DNA of 64,000 nt from an uncultured bacterium (GTDB taxonomy: Bacteria; JACRDZ01): contig CAYWFU010000006.1 of NCBI GenBank assembly GCA_964457585.1, forward strand, positions 8,846-72,845, written 5' to 3'. Within the stretch, counting starts at the first letter, position 1. Each line of letters begins with the position of its first letter. Made by a program: the position numbers and the translations under genes. Shown piece after piece: positions 20,429-30,969 of this stretch. A model generated the notes under the pieces. The model saw nothing but the letters and a program-made list of their open reading frames with translations. It ran no database searches and was not told the DNA's origin.

Positions 20429-21424
20429 TTAAAGACTTCTCAAATACCTTGCGCTATCTTCAGGAGATGTGGGATTAATGTAAAAACCAGTACCCCATTC
20501 AAATCCTGCTACTTTTGTTACGGTAGGGATAATCTCAATATGCCAGTGATAACTTTCCCGATGATCTTCCTGAATAGGAGCAGTATGGAGGATATAATTA
20601 TAAGCTGGTTTATTTAATGCAATTGAAATTTTTCGTAATGTTTCTTTAAGAATTTTTGCTAATTCTGCGACATCCCCTGCTGTTATTTCTTCAAAATTTG
20701 AGGAATGTTTACGTGGAATAATCCAGCTTTCAAACGGAGATGTTGAAGCAAAAGGTGTAAAGCTGATAAAAGATGGATGTTCAATAATTAACCGCTCTCT
20801 AGATGATAATTCCTGTTGAACGATATCACAAAAAATACATCTTTCCTTATATTTATAATAGCGTGTTGCACTTGTTATTTCCTCTGTAACTCGTATTGGA
20901 ATTATAGGAGTGGCAATAAGATTAGAATGCGGATGATCAAGTGTTGCTCCTGCTGCCCAGCCGCGATTTTTAAAAATAAGAACATATTTTAACCGCTGAT
21001 CTTTTTTTAAATCCGTTATTCTATCCCTATATGCCCAGATAGTATTTTCAATTGTTTTTAGCTCCTGTGCATATGTATCAATATTATGATTTGTACTTTC
21101 AATAATAATTTCATGCGCTCCGATACCGCTCATTTTGTCATATATTCCAATTCCAGTTCTATTTATTACGCCTTCAACATGTAAAGCATGAAATTTATTT
21201 GATATTACCCGTGTTATCCAACCCGTTGTATTAGGAAGACTGTTATCTGGCCGATAAGCTAAAATTTCAGGAGGAGTGAGATTTTCTTTCCCCGGGCAGA
21301 AAGGGCATTCCTTTTCCTCAACAGGATTTATTATAGATTCTCCGAAAATTACAGGCCGTCTGCTGTTTTCAGTCGCTATTATCACCCAGCGATCTAAAAT
21401 CATGTCCTTTCTTAATTCTGAAAT
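20429..21424 (-). CDS. galT: Galactose-1-phosphate uridylyltransferase (GalT/HIT superfamily)
   Basis: CPFCPG.E..TPPE, FKNRG..AGA...HPH, CIFCD, HWHIEI; the homologous N-terminus ISELRKD extends to an ATT at 21424. Confidence 0.88.
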   Translation of the reverse strand: MSELRKDMILDRWVIIATENSRRPVIFGESIINPVEEKECPFCPGKENLTPPEILAYRPDNSLPNTTGWITRVISNKFHALHVEGVINRTGIGIYDKMSGIGAHEIIIESTNHNIDTYAQELKTIENTIWAYRDRITDLKKDQRLKYVLIFKNRGWAAGATLDHPHSNLIATPIIPIRVTEEITSATRYYKYKERCIFCDIVQQELSSRERLIIEHPSFISFTPFASTSPFESWIIPRKHSSNFEEITAGDVAELAKILKETLRKISIALNKPAYNYILHTAPIQEDHRESYHWHIEIIPTVTKVAGFEWGTGFYINPTSPEDSARYLRSL

Positions 21425-21447
21425 ATTAATCCACTCCTTTCAAATCA

Positions 21448-22227
21448 CTATAAGTTAAATCTTTCATTAGACATATCAAAATTTTGGACTTCGATTTTAA
21501 ATATTTTAGGCATTTTTCTTTTATGTAAAGTTTTTCTGTTTTTTTCACGGATAATTTTGACCAAGCGTGGATCAGATTGGCTTGCTTCTTTCTGTTCCAG
21601 ACATTGAATGATATTATCCATATCATTTAATGTAAGCCCAAATTCCGCATCCTTTGTCTGCGCAGCCATAATTTTACCTGCTGAAGCAAGTTCTATAATA
21701 TCATCAGGAATATCTAAATCAATAGCGGTTGATTTAACTTGATGATAATACATATCTCCTAGCGGAAAAATGTCGCCTGCGTTATCTCCATATTTAGTAA
21801 AATTTCCCATTAAAATATTTATTTTGCATAATGTCCCTGCAACAAGATAATTAAATTTTTTTGCAAAATAATAACATGATATCATACGTAATCTGGAATA
21901 AATTGATTTTAAAAACAATGAAGATGAATTGCTAAATTTATTCCCTTCAAATTGAAGTAATAAATCGCTTATAACCGGATCCAAATCGATTTTTTTATAA
22001 GGTATTTTTAATTGCTCTGCAATTTTTAATGCTATTTTTTCCTGCTCTATTTCTTCAGGATTACTAAATATTAATCCATAACATGATTTTTGAAAAGCTT
22101 CTTTCGCTAAATAAGCTGTAACTAATGACTCTAAATCACATTTTAAATTTACTATTAATCCATTAGCACCTGTTTTTATTGTTTCATTTTTCAGCCATAA
22201 AATAAGTAATTTAGTAATTTCCTGCAT
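21448..22227 (-). CDS. NadE (NAD synthetase)-like protein with a degenerate active site
   Basis: SRLRM, GNFTKYGD, PLGD and AQT motifs recognisable, but the SGGxDS PP-loop reads KCDLES. Confidence 0.75.
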   Translation of the reverse strand: MQEITKLLILWLKNETIKTGANGLIVNLKCDLESLVTAYLAKEAFQKSCYGLIFSNPEEIEQEKIALKIAEQLKIPYKKIDLDPVISDLLLQFEGNKFSNSSSLFLKSIYSRLRMISCYYFAKKFNYLVAGTLCKINILMGNFTKYGDNAGDIFPLGDMYYHQVKSTAIDLDIPDDIIELASAGKIMAAQTKDAEFGLTLNDMDNIIQCLEQKEASQSDPRLVKIIREKNRKTLHKRKMPKIFKIEVQNFDMSNERFNL

Positions 22228-22237
22228 AAATATAAAA

Positions 22238-23619
<1,382 letters not shown>

Positions 23620-23629
23620 TTAATAATTC

Positions 23630-23752
23630 AATGAAGAACCCTGTGGCAGACAGGGTATCTTCTGTCTCTGATAGGAATTATTTATTATTTATTTTAGTGC
23701 CAATTCATCCCTGCCTTAAAAAGGCAGGGTATTAATGGCACTTCCAGATAAA
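23630..23752. mobile_element. Two-hairpin IS200/IS605-like non-autonomous element, copy B (intergenic)
   Basis: Reverse complement aligns with 20181-20300. Confidence 0.7.
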
Positions 23753-23860
23753 CATTTATCTTATAATAGCTAATATAGTTTTATTAGTCAATATAGTTTT
23801 TTATGTTATTTAAAACTTTATAACTTGATTTTTCTGCTAAAATAGCCGAAAATATACTTA

Positions 23861-23906
23861 ATACTTGGAGGGGTCATAAATTCTGATTTATGACCCCTCC
23901 AAGTAT
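23861..23906. repeat. Perfect 21-bp-stem inverted repeat
   Basis: atacttggaggggtcataaat-tctg-atttatgacccctccaagtat. Confidence 0.85.
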
Positions 23907-23929
23907 AATAAAATTTTTTCAGGACAAAT

Positions 23930-24628
23930 ATGCCCAAAAAAAATGGATCGAACAAAATATATTTTTTATTTTTATTAATTCTTATCATTTGGTTGCCGGG
24001 AGTTTTTAAATTATCAAATATTAAACAAATATATTTAATTTATTTATTCAAAACAATTAATTCAATAGCTATAATCTGGCTTATTCAAAAAATAATTAAT
24101 CTTAATAAAAAAATAACTGAAAAAAATGAGGAAATTGAAAAGCTAAATTTAATTGACCATGCTACAGGTTTTTATAATTTATCATATTTTTATGAGTCTC
24201 TTGAAAGAGAGATGCTTCGTTCAGAACGACAGCAATATACATTTTTTGTTGGCATAATAGAATTAGATCAAAATAAAGAAATTACCAAATATTTAGGTGA
24301 AATAGTTGAACCTTCCGTTTTAAAGGATGTTGTTGAAATTATAGAAAATAATATTAGAAAAGGAGTGGATACAGCTTTCCGTTATAATGAAAATATGTTT
24401 GCTTTAATTCTTGATGATATATCTAATTCTGGTGTAAAATCTGTTACAGAACGCGTTTTGCAGGATTTTGTAAAATTGAAAAAAAAATCAGAATTTACCA
24501 AAACAAATTTATATATGGGATTTATGCAGTATCATTCAGAATGGGATATTAAAATTTATATTCAGAAAGTGTATCTGGCTTTATTGGAAGCTAAAAAAAG
24601 CGGGAATAGCAATGTGGTAATATTTTAG
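23930..24628 (+). CDS. Membrane-anchored degenerate GGDEF-domain protein
   Basis: Two TM helices; DHATGFYN..YF (DxLTGLxNRR-like); the GGDEF position reads RYNENMF. Confidence 0.75.
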   Translation: MPKKNGSNKIYFLFLLILIIWLPGVFKLSNIKQIYLIYLFKTINSIAIIWLIQKIINLNKKITEKNEEIEKLNLIDHATGFYNLSYFYESLEREMLRSERQQYTFFVGIIELDQNKEITKYLGEIVEPSVLKDVVEIIENNIRKGVDTAFRYNENMFALILDDISNSGVKSVTERVLQDFVKLKKKSEFTKTNLYMGFMQYHSEWDIKIYIQKVYLALLEAKKSGNSNVVIF

Positions 24629-24635
24629 TGCCCCT

Positions 24636-24685
24636 GTAGCCTCAGGCTTTAGCCTGAGCAATCGCAAGCTAAAGCTTGCAGCTAC
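24636..24685. repeat. GTAG REP doublet
   Basis: gtagcctcaggctttagcctgag followed by inverted gcaagctaaagcttgcagctac. Confidence 0.7.
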
Positions 24686-24704
24686 CACTAAATAAAGGAC
24701 AAAA

Positions 24705-25307
24705 ATGAAAAAATTATCAAATACAAAAAGCAATATTGATTTAAATGCAGAAAATAATTTTGCAAATTTATCTGCAATAAAAATTTTAGTAACTGGTGCA
24801 TTTAACAGCGGTAAAACACATTTTATTAAAACGATTAGCAATAATTTTATGCTTAACACAGAAAAAAATGTTTCAGATCCCCATATAAAGTCGAAAAAGC
24901 TTACTACTGTGGCAATGGATTTTGCAAAAACAAAATTGGAAAATACCCCTGACCTTTTTTTCTTTGGGACACCAGGACAGAAGCGTTTCGATTTCATGTG
25001 GGAAATTCTGTCTTTTAAGATGCTGGGTTGTATTATTATGGTTGACAGTTATCAGTTCCATGAATCAAAGGAAGAAACACAGGAAATTCTTAATTATTTT
25101 TTAAATTTGCCTTATAGCGTACCATTAATAATTGCAGCAAATAAACAGGATTTACCTCAAGCACTAACACCCGATGAAATACGACAGGAATTATCTCTCT
25201 CGAAAAAAATTTCTATTTTACCGTGTATTGCTACACAAAAAGAAAAAGTTAAAGAAATTTCCATGTATCTTATAAATAATATTTTAGGGCAAAGGAAAAA
25301 TAATTAA
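24705..25307 (+). CDS. Small Ras-like GTPase (conservon CvnD / MglA-like group)
   Basis: G1 GAFNSGKT, TTVAMDF, G3 GTPGQKRFDFMW, G4 NKQD. Confidence 0.85.
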   Translation: MKKLSNTKSNIDLNAENNFANLSAIKILVTGAFNSGKTHFIKTISNNFMLNTEKNVSDPHIKSKKLTTVAMDFAKTKLENTPDLFFFGTPGQKRFDFMWEILSFKMLGCIIMVDSYQFHESKEETQEILNYFLNLPYSVPLIIAANKQDLPQALTPDEIRQELSLSKKISILPCIATQKEKVKEISMYLINNILGQRKNN

Positions 25308-26752
25308 TGGCATATGATAGCCTAAAAGATTTTATTGAAAAATTGGAAGAGAAAAAGCAATTAAAAAGAATTTCAGTTGAAGTTGATCCAATATTAGAAA
25401 TAAGTGAAATAACAAGCCGTGTAAATGAAAAATTCGGTCCGGCATTATTATTTGAAAAAGTTAAGGGATATAATACACCTGTTCTTATCAATGCTTTTGG
25501 TTCAGATTATCGTATGGCATTGGCAATGGATGAAAATTCAATTTCTGATGTTGCATCTAGAATTGAAAAACTGCTTAAATCAGAAATGCCGATTACATTA
25601 TGGGATAAATTGCGTTCTGTTTTGAAGCTTAAGGAATTTGCGCATTTAATTCCAAAAGTTGTTGATACAGGGCCATGTAAGGAAGTGATAATAAAGAATA
25701 ATCCATCATTGGATATTTTTCCCATAATAAAATGCTGGCCGCATGATGGAGGTAAATTCATTACTTTACCAATGGTTCATACGAAAGATCCTGATTCTGG
25801 AATACGGAATCACGGCATGTATCGTTTACAGGTATTTGATAATCAAACAATTGGTATGCACTGGCATCTGCATAAACACGGCGCAAAGCATTATCGCCGC
25901 TCTTGCGAACTTGGGAAAAAATTAGAAGTGGCAATTTCACTTGGAGGAGATCCAGCCATTACTTATGCCGCAAGCGCGCCGCTACCAGAGAATATTGATG
26001 AAATGATTTTAGCCGGTTTTTTGCGTCGTAAATCAGTTGAATTAGTTAAATGTGAAACCGTCAACTTAGAAGTCCCTGCATGCGCTGAAATTGTGCTTGA
26101 AGGTTATGTTAATCCTGGCGAGACGCGGCTTGAAGGTCCTTTCGGAGATCATACAGGATATTACTCTTTGCCGGATCAATATCCGGTATTTCATCTTACC
26201 TGTATCACTCATAGAAAAAATCCTATATATCCAACCACTGTAACAGGCAAGCCACCGCGTGAAGACTGTTACATGGGACGTGCAAGTCAAAAAATATTTT
26301 TCCCGTTGCTTAAAATGACTTTACCTGAACTTGTGGATATGGAATTACCTCTGGAAGGAGTATTTCATAATTTAGCTGTTGTATCAATTGACAAGCAATA
26401 TCCCACACATGCTAAAAAAACCATGCATGCACTTTGGGGTTTAGGACAGATGATGTTTACCAAAATAATTATTGTTGTTGATAAAGACACTGATGTGCAT
26501 AATTTATCTGAAGTCATCTGGAAAGTGGGAAATAATATTGACCCAAAATATGATATTGTTTTTACTGAAGGTCCAATAGATGCTTTAGATCATGCTTCAC
26601 GCACGCGTTATATTTCTACTAAAATGGGGATTGATGCCACACGTAAATGGAAGGAAGAAGGTTTCGACCGTGAATGGCCTGAGATAATTAAAATGAGTCC
26701 GGAAATTAAATCTCTGGTTGATGAAAAATGGAAGGATTATGGAATAGAATAG
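25307..26752 (+). CDS. UbiD-family decarboxylase (menaquinone-biosynthesis type)
   Basis: EGPFGDHTGYY, NHGMYRLQV, KMGIDAT. Confidence 0.9.
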   Translation: MAYDSLKDFIEKLEEKKQLKRISVEVDPILEISEITSRVNEKFGPALLFEKVKGYNTPVLINAFGSDYRMALAMDENSISDVASRIEKLLKSEMPITLWDKLRSVLKLKEFAHLIPKVVDTGPCKEVIIKNNPSLDIFPIIKCWPHDGGKFITLPMVHTKDPDSGIRNHGMYRLQVFDNQTIGMHWHLHKHGAKHYRRSCELGKKLEVAISLGGDPAITYAASAPLPENIDEMILAGFLRRKSVELVKCETVNLEVPACAEIVLEGYVNPGETRLEGPFGDHTGYYSLPDQYPVFHLTCITHRKNPIYPTTVTGKPPREDCYMGRASQKIFFPLLKMTLPELVDMELPLEGVFHNLAVVSIDKQYPTHAKKTMHALWGLGQMMFTKIIIVVDKDTDVHNLSEVIWKVGNNIDPKYDIVFTEGPIDALDHASRTRYISTKMGIDATRKWKEEGFDREWPEIIKMSPEIKSLVDEKWKDYGIE

Positions 26753-26777
26753 AAAAAAAACAAGGGGGAAAAATTCA

Positions 26778-28088
26778 ATGAAAAATTTTTTTTTAATGCT
26801 TATTATTTTGTCCAGTATGATTTTTATATGTGGAAATATCCCGATACTTGCTGAAGAAGAGGAATCAAATCTAATTATTTCTGTTTATAAAAATTTTGCT
26901 CTGGTTATGGAAAAAAGGGAATTTGAATTAAAAAAAGGGAAGAATGAATTACAGATTGAAAACATTCCAGTTAAGATTGACCCAAATTCAATTTTTTTAG
27001 ATATTATTAAAACAGATAAGAATAAGGATAAAAAAGATTTATCCTGTCAAATTCTTGAGCAAAATTTTGAATACGATTTTAGCAATATCGATAAATTAAT
27101 TTCAAAATATCTTAACCTTGGCAAAAAATTGAAAATTACATTACAGGATGGAAAATTACTAGAAGGAAAGCCTGTTCATCTTGATGAGGGATATCTAATA
27201 CTGGGAGAACTTGAAGAAGATTCAGAGCCAATAGTTATTAATAGAAATTTTATTAACAGTATTGAATTTCCTGAACATCCTGATAGTTTAGTTGTAAAAC
27301 CAACCCTTTCATTAAAATTAAAAGTATCTAATAAAGATGATTATAAAATTGCTCTTAATTATAAAGTAAATGATATTAAATGGAAAGCTAATTATATTGG
27401 AATAATAAATTTAAAAGATCTGGAAATGAACCTTTATGGATATGTATCAATAACCAATAATTCCGGTTATGCTTATAACAACGCAAAAATAAAATTATTT
27501 TCAAACAATGAATCAGACTCTATTTCATATTTATTAGAACGTAAAGTAGCATTGAAAAATGAGGAAAACGGATTTTCTCTTTTTGACAATAAAGTGCTTA
27601 AAATTAGTAAAGTATTTTGTTATAATAGTAAAATTGATAAAAATAAAGTTAAAGTTGCTATAAGTATACAGAATGATGAACAAAATGGATTAGGATTTTT
27701 TCTTTTAAATGGTAAAATAGATTTATATAAAAAAGATATAGCTGATTCTCATTTATGGATTAAAGAAGATAATATGTCGGATGTAACAATAGGTAAAAAT
27801 GTAAGATTTTTAATTGAGGATGCAGAAGATATAACTGCAGAACGCCGAGAATTAGAAGTTAAAAATATCAGTCCTGATGTAAATGAAAAAACATTTGAAA
27901 TTGAATTGAAAAGCAATCAGAAGGAACAGATAAATATAGCTGTTATTGAAAATATTGATGGCGAGTGGGAAGTAATAGAAAAAACAGATCCTTATAGTAA
28001 AAAAGATTTATATACCATTGAGTTTGCAGCATTAGTTCCGCCACAGGAGAAAAAAGTAATTAAATATAAGGTGCGGATTAAGAAATAA
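26778..28088 (+). CDS. DUF4139-like exported protein
   Basis: Signal peptide; ISVYKNFALVMEKR, WKANY, ITNNSG..Y.NA pattern. Confidence 0.65.
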   Translation: MKNFFLMLIILSSMIFICGNIPILAEEEESNLIISVYKNFALVMEKREFELKKGKNELQIENIPVKIDPNSIFLDIIKTDKNKDKKDLSCQILEQNFEYDFSNIDKLISKYLNLGKKLKITLQDGKLLEGKPVHLDEGYLILGELEEDSEPIVINRNFINSIEFPEHPDSLVVKPTLSLKLKVSNKDDYKIALNYKVNDIKWKANYIGIINLKDLEMNLYGYVSITNNSGYAYNNAKIKLFSNNESDSISYLLERKVALKNEENGFSLFDNKVLKISKVFCYNSKIDKNKVKVAISIQNDEQNGLGFFLLNGKIDLYKKDIADSHLWIKEDNMSDVTIGKNVRFLIEDAEDITAERRELEVKNISPDVNEKTFEIELKSNQKEQINIAVIENIDGEWEVIEKTDPYSKKDLYTIEFAALVPPQEKKVIKYKVRIKK

Positions 28089-28103
28089 AAAAGGAGATAT
28101 ACC

Positions 28104-28697
28104 ATGAAATCGAATTTGATTAAAATTTTTTGTTTTTTGTATTTTTTATTTTCTTTTCTTATTATCTTTGGCGAGGAAGATAATCCTGATAAAAAATTAT
28201 TTGAACAGAAATGCAGTTTATGCCATACAATTGAAAGGCCTTTATCAAAGAAAAAAACTTCAGAGGATTGGAGAACTACTGTAGAAACAATGCGTAAAAA
28301 AAATACAAAACATATTAATGAAGATGAAGCAATAATAATTGCAAATTATCTTATCTCTACCCGCGGTCAGCCGGAAATTAATAAAGTTAAGGATCCTAAT
28401 AATTTAACAGAACTGGAAATGAAACATGCGCCAGTAGTCACAATTACCTGGGATAATCCTGAAAAAGGTGAAGTAACAATATCAGTAGAAGTGGGAAAGA
28501 CACATCACCCAATGGGAAAAGATCATTATATTAAATTTATTGAAATTTTTATTGATCATAATTCTATTATTAAAAAAATTCTTACACCTGAAGATAAACC
28601 AGTTATGGAATTTAAAACGAAAATTGCAGAAGGAGCAAGTATTACTGCGCTTATAGAATGCAACAAGCATGGTTTATGGGAAGGTGGAATCAGATAA
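28104..28697 (+). CDS. Exported mono-heme cytochrome c fused to a superoxide reductase (desulfoferrodoxin/neelaredoxin-like) domain
   Basis: Signal peptide; KCSLCH...W..TVETM; then KHAP, HPM, HYI and CNKHGLW, giving all 4 His + Cys SOR iron ligands. Confidence 0.85.
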   Translation: MKSNLIKIFCFLYFLFSFLIIFGEEDNPDKKLFEQKCSLCHTIERPLSKKKTSEDWRTTVETMRKKNTKHINEDEAIIIANYLISTRGQPEINKVKDPNNLTELEMKHAPVVTITWDNPEKGEVTISVEVGKTHHPMGKDHYIKFIEIFIDHNSIIKKILTPEDKPVMEFKTKIAEGASITALIECNKHGLWEGGIR

Positions 28698-30021
28698 AAA
28701 TCTGCAATCTATTAATCACCAATCCGGATAATAACTTGGGATAAAAATAAGTGGATTTCTGCGGCATTAGTTCTCCGTGTCCGGAGATTTCCATAACCTG
28801 ATTACTGCGGGTAGGATTCAAAAAAAGAACTAATTGGAATTCTTTGTTTTTTATTTTTTCAACACATTCATTAAAATTATGATTATAAACAATGTGTTTG
28901 CCATCTTTTAAATGATGATGATTTATATCAAGGAACTGCTCTATAATTAAATTATGCAGAATTGCAACATCAAGTTCTTTCCATGCTTTAGATTTGCTAT
29001 GGTCAGAATACCTTTCAAGTGCTTTATCATCTTTTAGAACCAAAAGATAATATTCATTTTTTTCAGTATAAAGACCAAATACATGCTTATTTTTTCCTAT
29101 TTCTTCCATTCTATTTATAATTGTAGATTCAGGATTATCTTCTGTTTTTAGTCTGGTTACAATAAAAAACTCCGATAATTTTTCTAAAAACATAGCGATA
29201 TTTATTTCTGGCAGATTATGAATTAATCTGTGTGTTGGTAAAATAATCAATCCAGGGTCATCTATATTGACCAGCATAAACATAACATAATTATAAGGTT
29301 CATTTCCTGTATGGTTTGGATTATTTTCTTTTCTTTCATTGCGATAATTTAAAGCTGTTTCATACCGGTGATGCCCATCAGCAATAACAATAGTTTTTTT
29401 GCTCATTAAAATTGTTATTTTATTTATTGTTTCAGTATCTGATATTTTCCATAGTTTATTTACTGTTCCTTCATGATCGACAATATTTATTGTTGGTTCA
29501 TTTTTATAAATATGAGAAAGTTCATTTTCCATGATAAAACTTTTATCTTCATATAGACCAAAAATCTGGCTGAAATTTGCTTCGCAATTACGCATAAGTT
29601 CTAATCGGTCTTTTTTTGGTGCAGATAGAGTTTGTTCATGGGGACATATTATTCCTTGTGAGAAATCTTCTAATTTAACCAATGAAATAAAACCATGACG
29701 AACTTTAACTGAAGAATTGTCCTTTAATTTATATTCCTGTGTATAAAAATATATTGATGGTTGATCTTCATAAACAAGAATATTATTTTTAAGCCATGAA
29801 TAAAAAAAGTTTTTAGCGCGAGTATATTTATTTTCTGCTGTTGAATCTTCAGGATATTCCATCCCTAAAATGAGGCGGATAATATTATCAGGATGCTTAT
29901 CATAATACAGCTTTTGCCCTTGCGGTGAAATTACATCGTATGGGGGAGCTGTAACTTGCGAAAGATCCGAAAATATTTTTTGATTATATCTTATTCCCTT
30001 GAAAGGAAGTACTTTGGCCAT
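28690..30021 (-). CDS. DUF1015 family protein
   Basis: APPYDVIS, PHEQT, IADGHHRYETA, MPQKSTYFYPKLLSGL. Confidence 0.88.
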   Translation of the reverse strand: MAKVLPFKGIRYNQKIFSDLSQVTAPPYDVISPQGQKLYYDKHPDNIIRLILGMEYPEDSTAENKYTRAKNFFYSWLKNNILVYEDQPSIYFYTQEYKLKDNSSVKVRHGFISLVKLEDFSQGIICPHEQTLSAPKKDRLELMRNCEANFSQIFGLYEDKSFIMENELSHIYKNEPTINIVDHEGTVNKLWKISDTETINKITILMSKKTIVIADGHHRYETALNYRNERKENNPNHTGNEPYNYVMFMLVNIDDPGLIILPTHRLIHNLPEINIAMFLEKLSEFFIVTRLKTEDNPESTIINRMEEIGKNKHVFGLYTEKNEYYLLVLKDDKALERYSDHSKSKAWKELDVAILHNLIIEQFLDINHHHLKDGKHIVYNHNFNECVEKIKNKEFQLVLFLNPTRSNQVMEISGHGELMPQKSTYFYPKLLSGLVINRLQIFI

Positions 30022-30035
30022 TTTAATTTTCTGTT

Positions 30036-30950
30036 TTACTTTTTACCTGCTAAATTTTCATATTCTATCAATATTGGGGAAGCTATATATATTGAAGAAT
30101 ATGTTCCAGTTATAATTCCTATAAATAGCGCAAGAGAAAAATCTCTTAAAACTTCACCGCCAAAAATAAAAATTGCCACTACTGATAAGAGGGTAGTTAA
30201 AGAAGTATTAACTGTTCGACCTAAAGTACTGTTTATTGCTGTATTAATTACACTGGGAAAAGGTACATTTTTTTTCTTTAAAAGAGGGATTGTCTCTCTT
30301 ATACGATCAAATATAACAATTGTATCATTAATAGAATATCCAACTAAAGTCAGAATAGCAGCTACAACCTGAATACTTATTTCCCGATTTAACAGAGAGA
30401 AAAAACCTAATGTTATTAAAACATCATGAATAAGCGCAACTACACCACCCAAAGAATATTTAAATTCAAACCGCCATGAAACATAGATTAATATGCCCAA
30501 TATTGAAAATATTACAGCCATAACAGTGTTACTGATTAGTTTTCTGCCTGCAACCGGACCAACAAATTCTGCCCGCTGGATTTGGAACGGATTAACTTTA
30601 TCATAATTTTCTTTCAGAGCTAATTCAATGGTTTTATTTATTTGAGAAGCGTCTTTTTCAGAAACTTTAGTATTACGAGCTCGAATAAGAATTTCATTTT
30701 CTGCACCATATTGTTGAATAACACTATCACCCATGTTTATTTTTGAAAGCACCTGCCTGATTTCATCTGTTTTTACATTCTTAGAAAATTTAACTTCTAT
30801 TAATGTCCCTCCTTCAAAATCAACCCCATATTTTAATCCACCTTTAATAATCATTGAAATTAATCCAGCAATAATCAAAATACCAGAAAATAAATAAGCC
30901 TTATATCTGAATTTCATAAAATCAACATTAATACTATGAAAAAATTCCAT
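30036..30950 (-). CDS. secF: Protein translocase subunit SecF
   Basis: GVDFEGG, GYSINDTIVIFDRIRE, GTYSSIYIA. Confidence 0.96.
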   Translation of the reverse strand: MEFFHSINVDFMKFRYKAYLFSGILIIAGLISMIIKGGLKYGVDFEGGTLIEVKFSKNVKTDEIRQVLSKINMGDSVIQQYGAENEILIRARNTKVSEKDASQINKTIELALKENYDKVNPFQIQRAEFVGPVAGRKLISNTVMAVIFSILGILIYVSWRFEFKYSLGGVVALIHDVLITLGFFSLLNREISIQVVAAILTLVGYSINDTIVIFDRIRETIPLLKKKNVPFPSVINTAINSTLGRTVNTSLTTLLSVVAIFIFGGEVLRDFSLALFIGIITGTYSSIYIASPILIEYENLAGKK

Positions 30951-30969
30951 TTTTTTCCCTTTCTGAAAA

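Noticed and set aside
24581-24997. 138-aa minus-strand ORF
   Set aside because: Antisense to the GTPase and spans a REP; no motifs.
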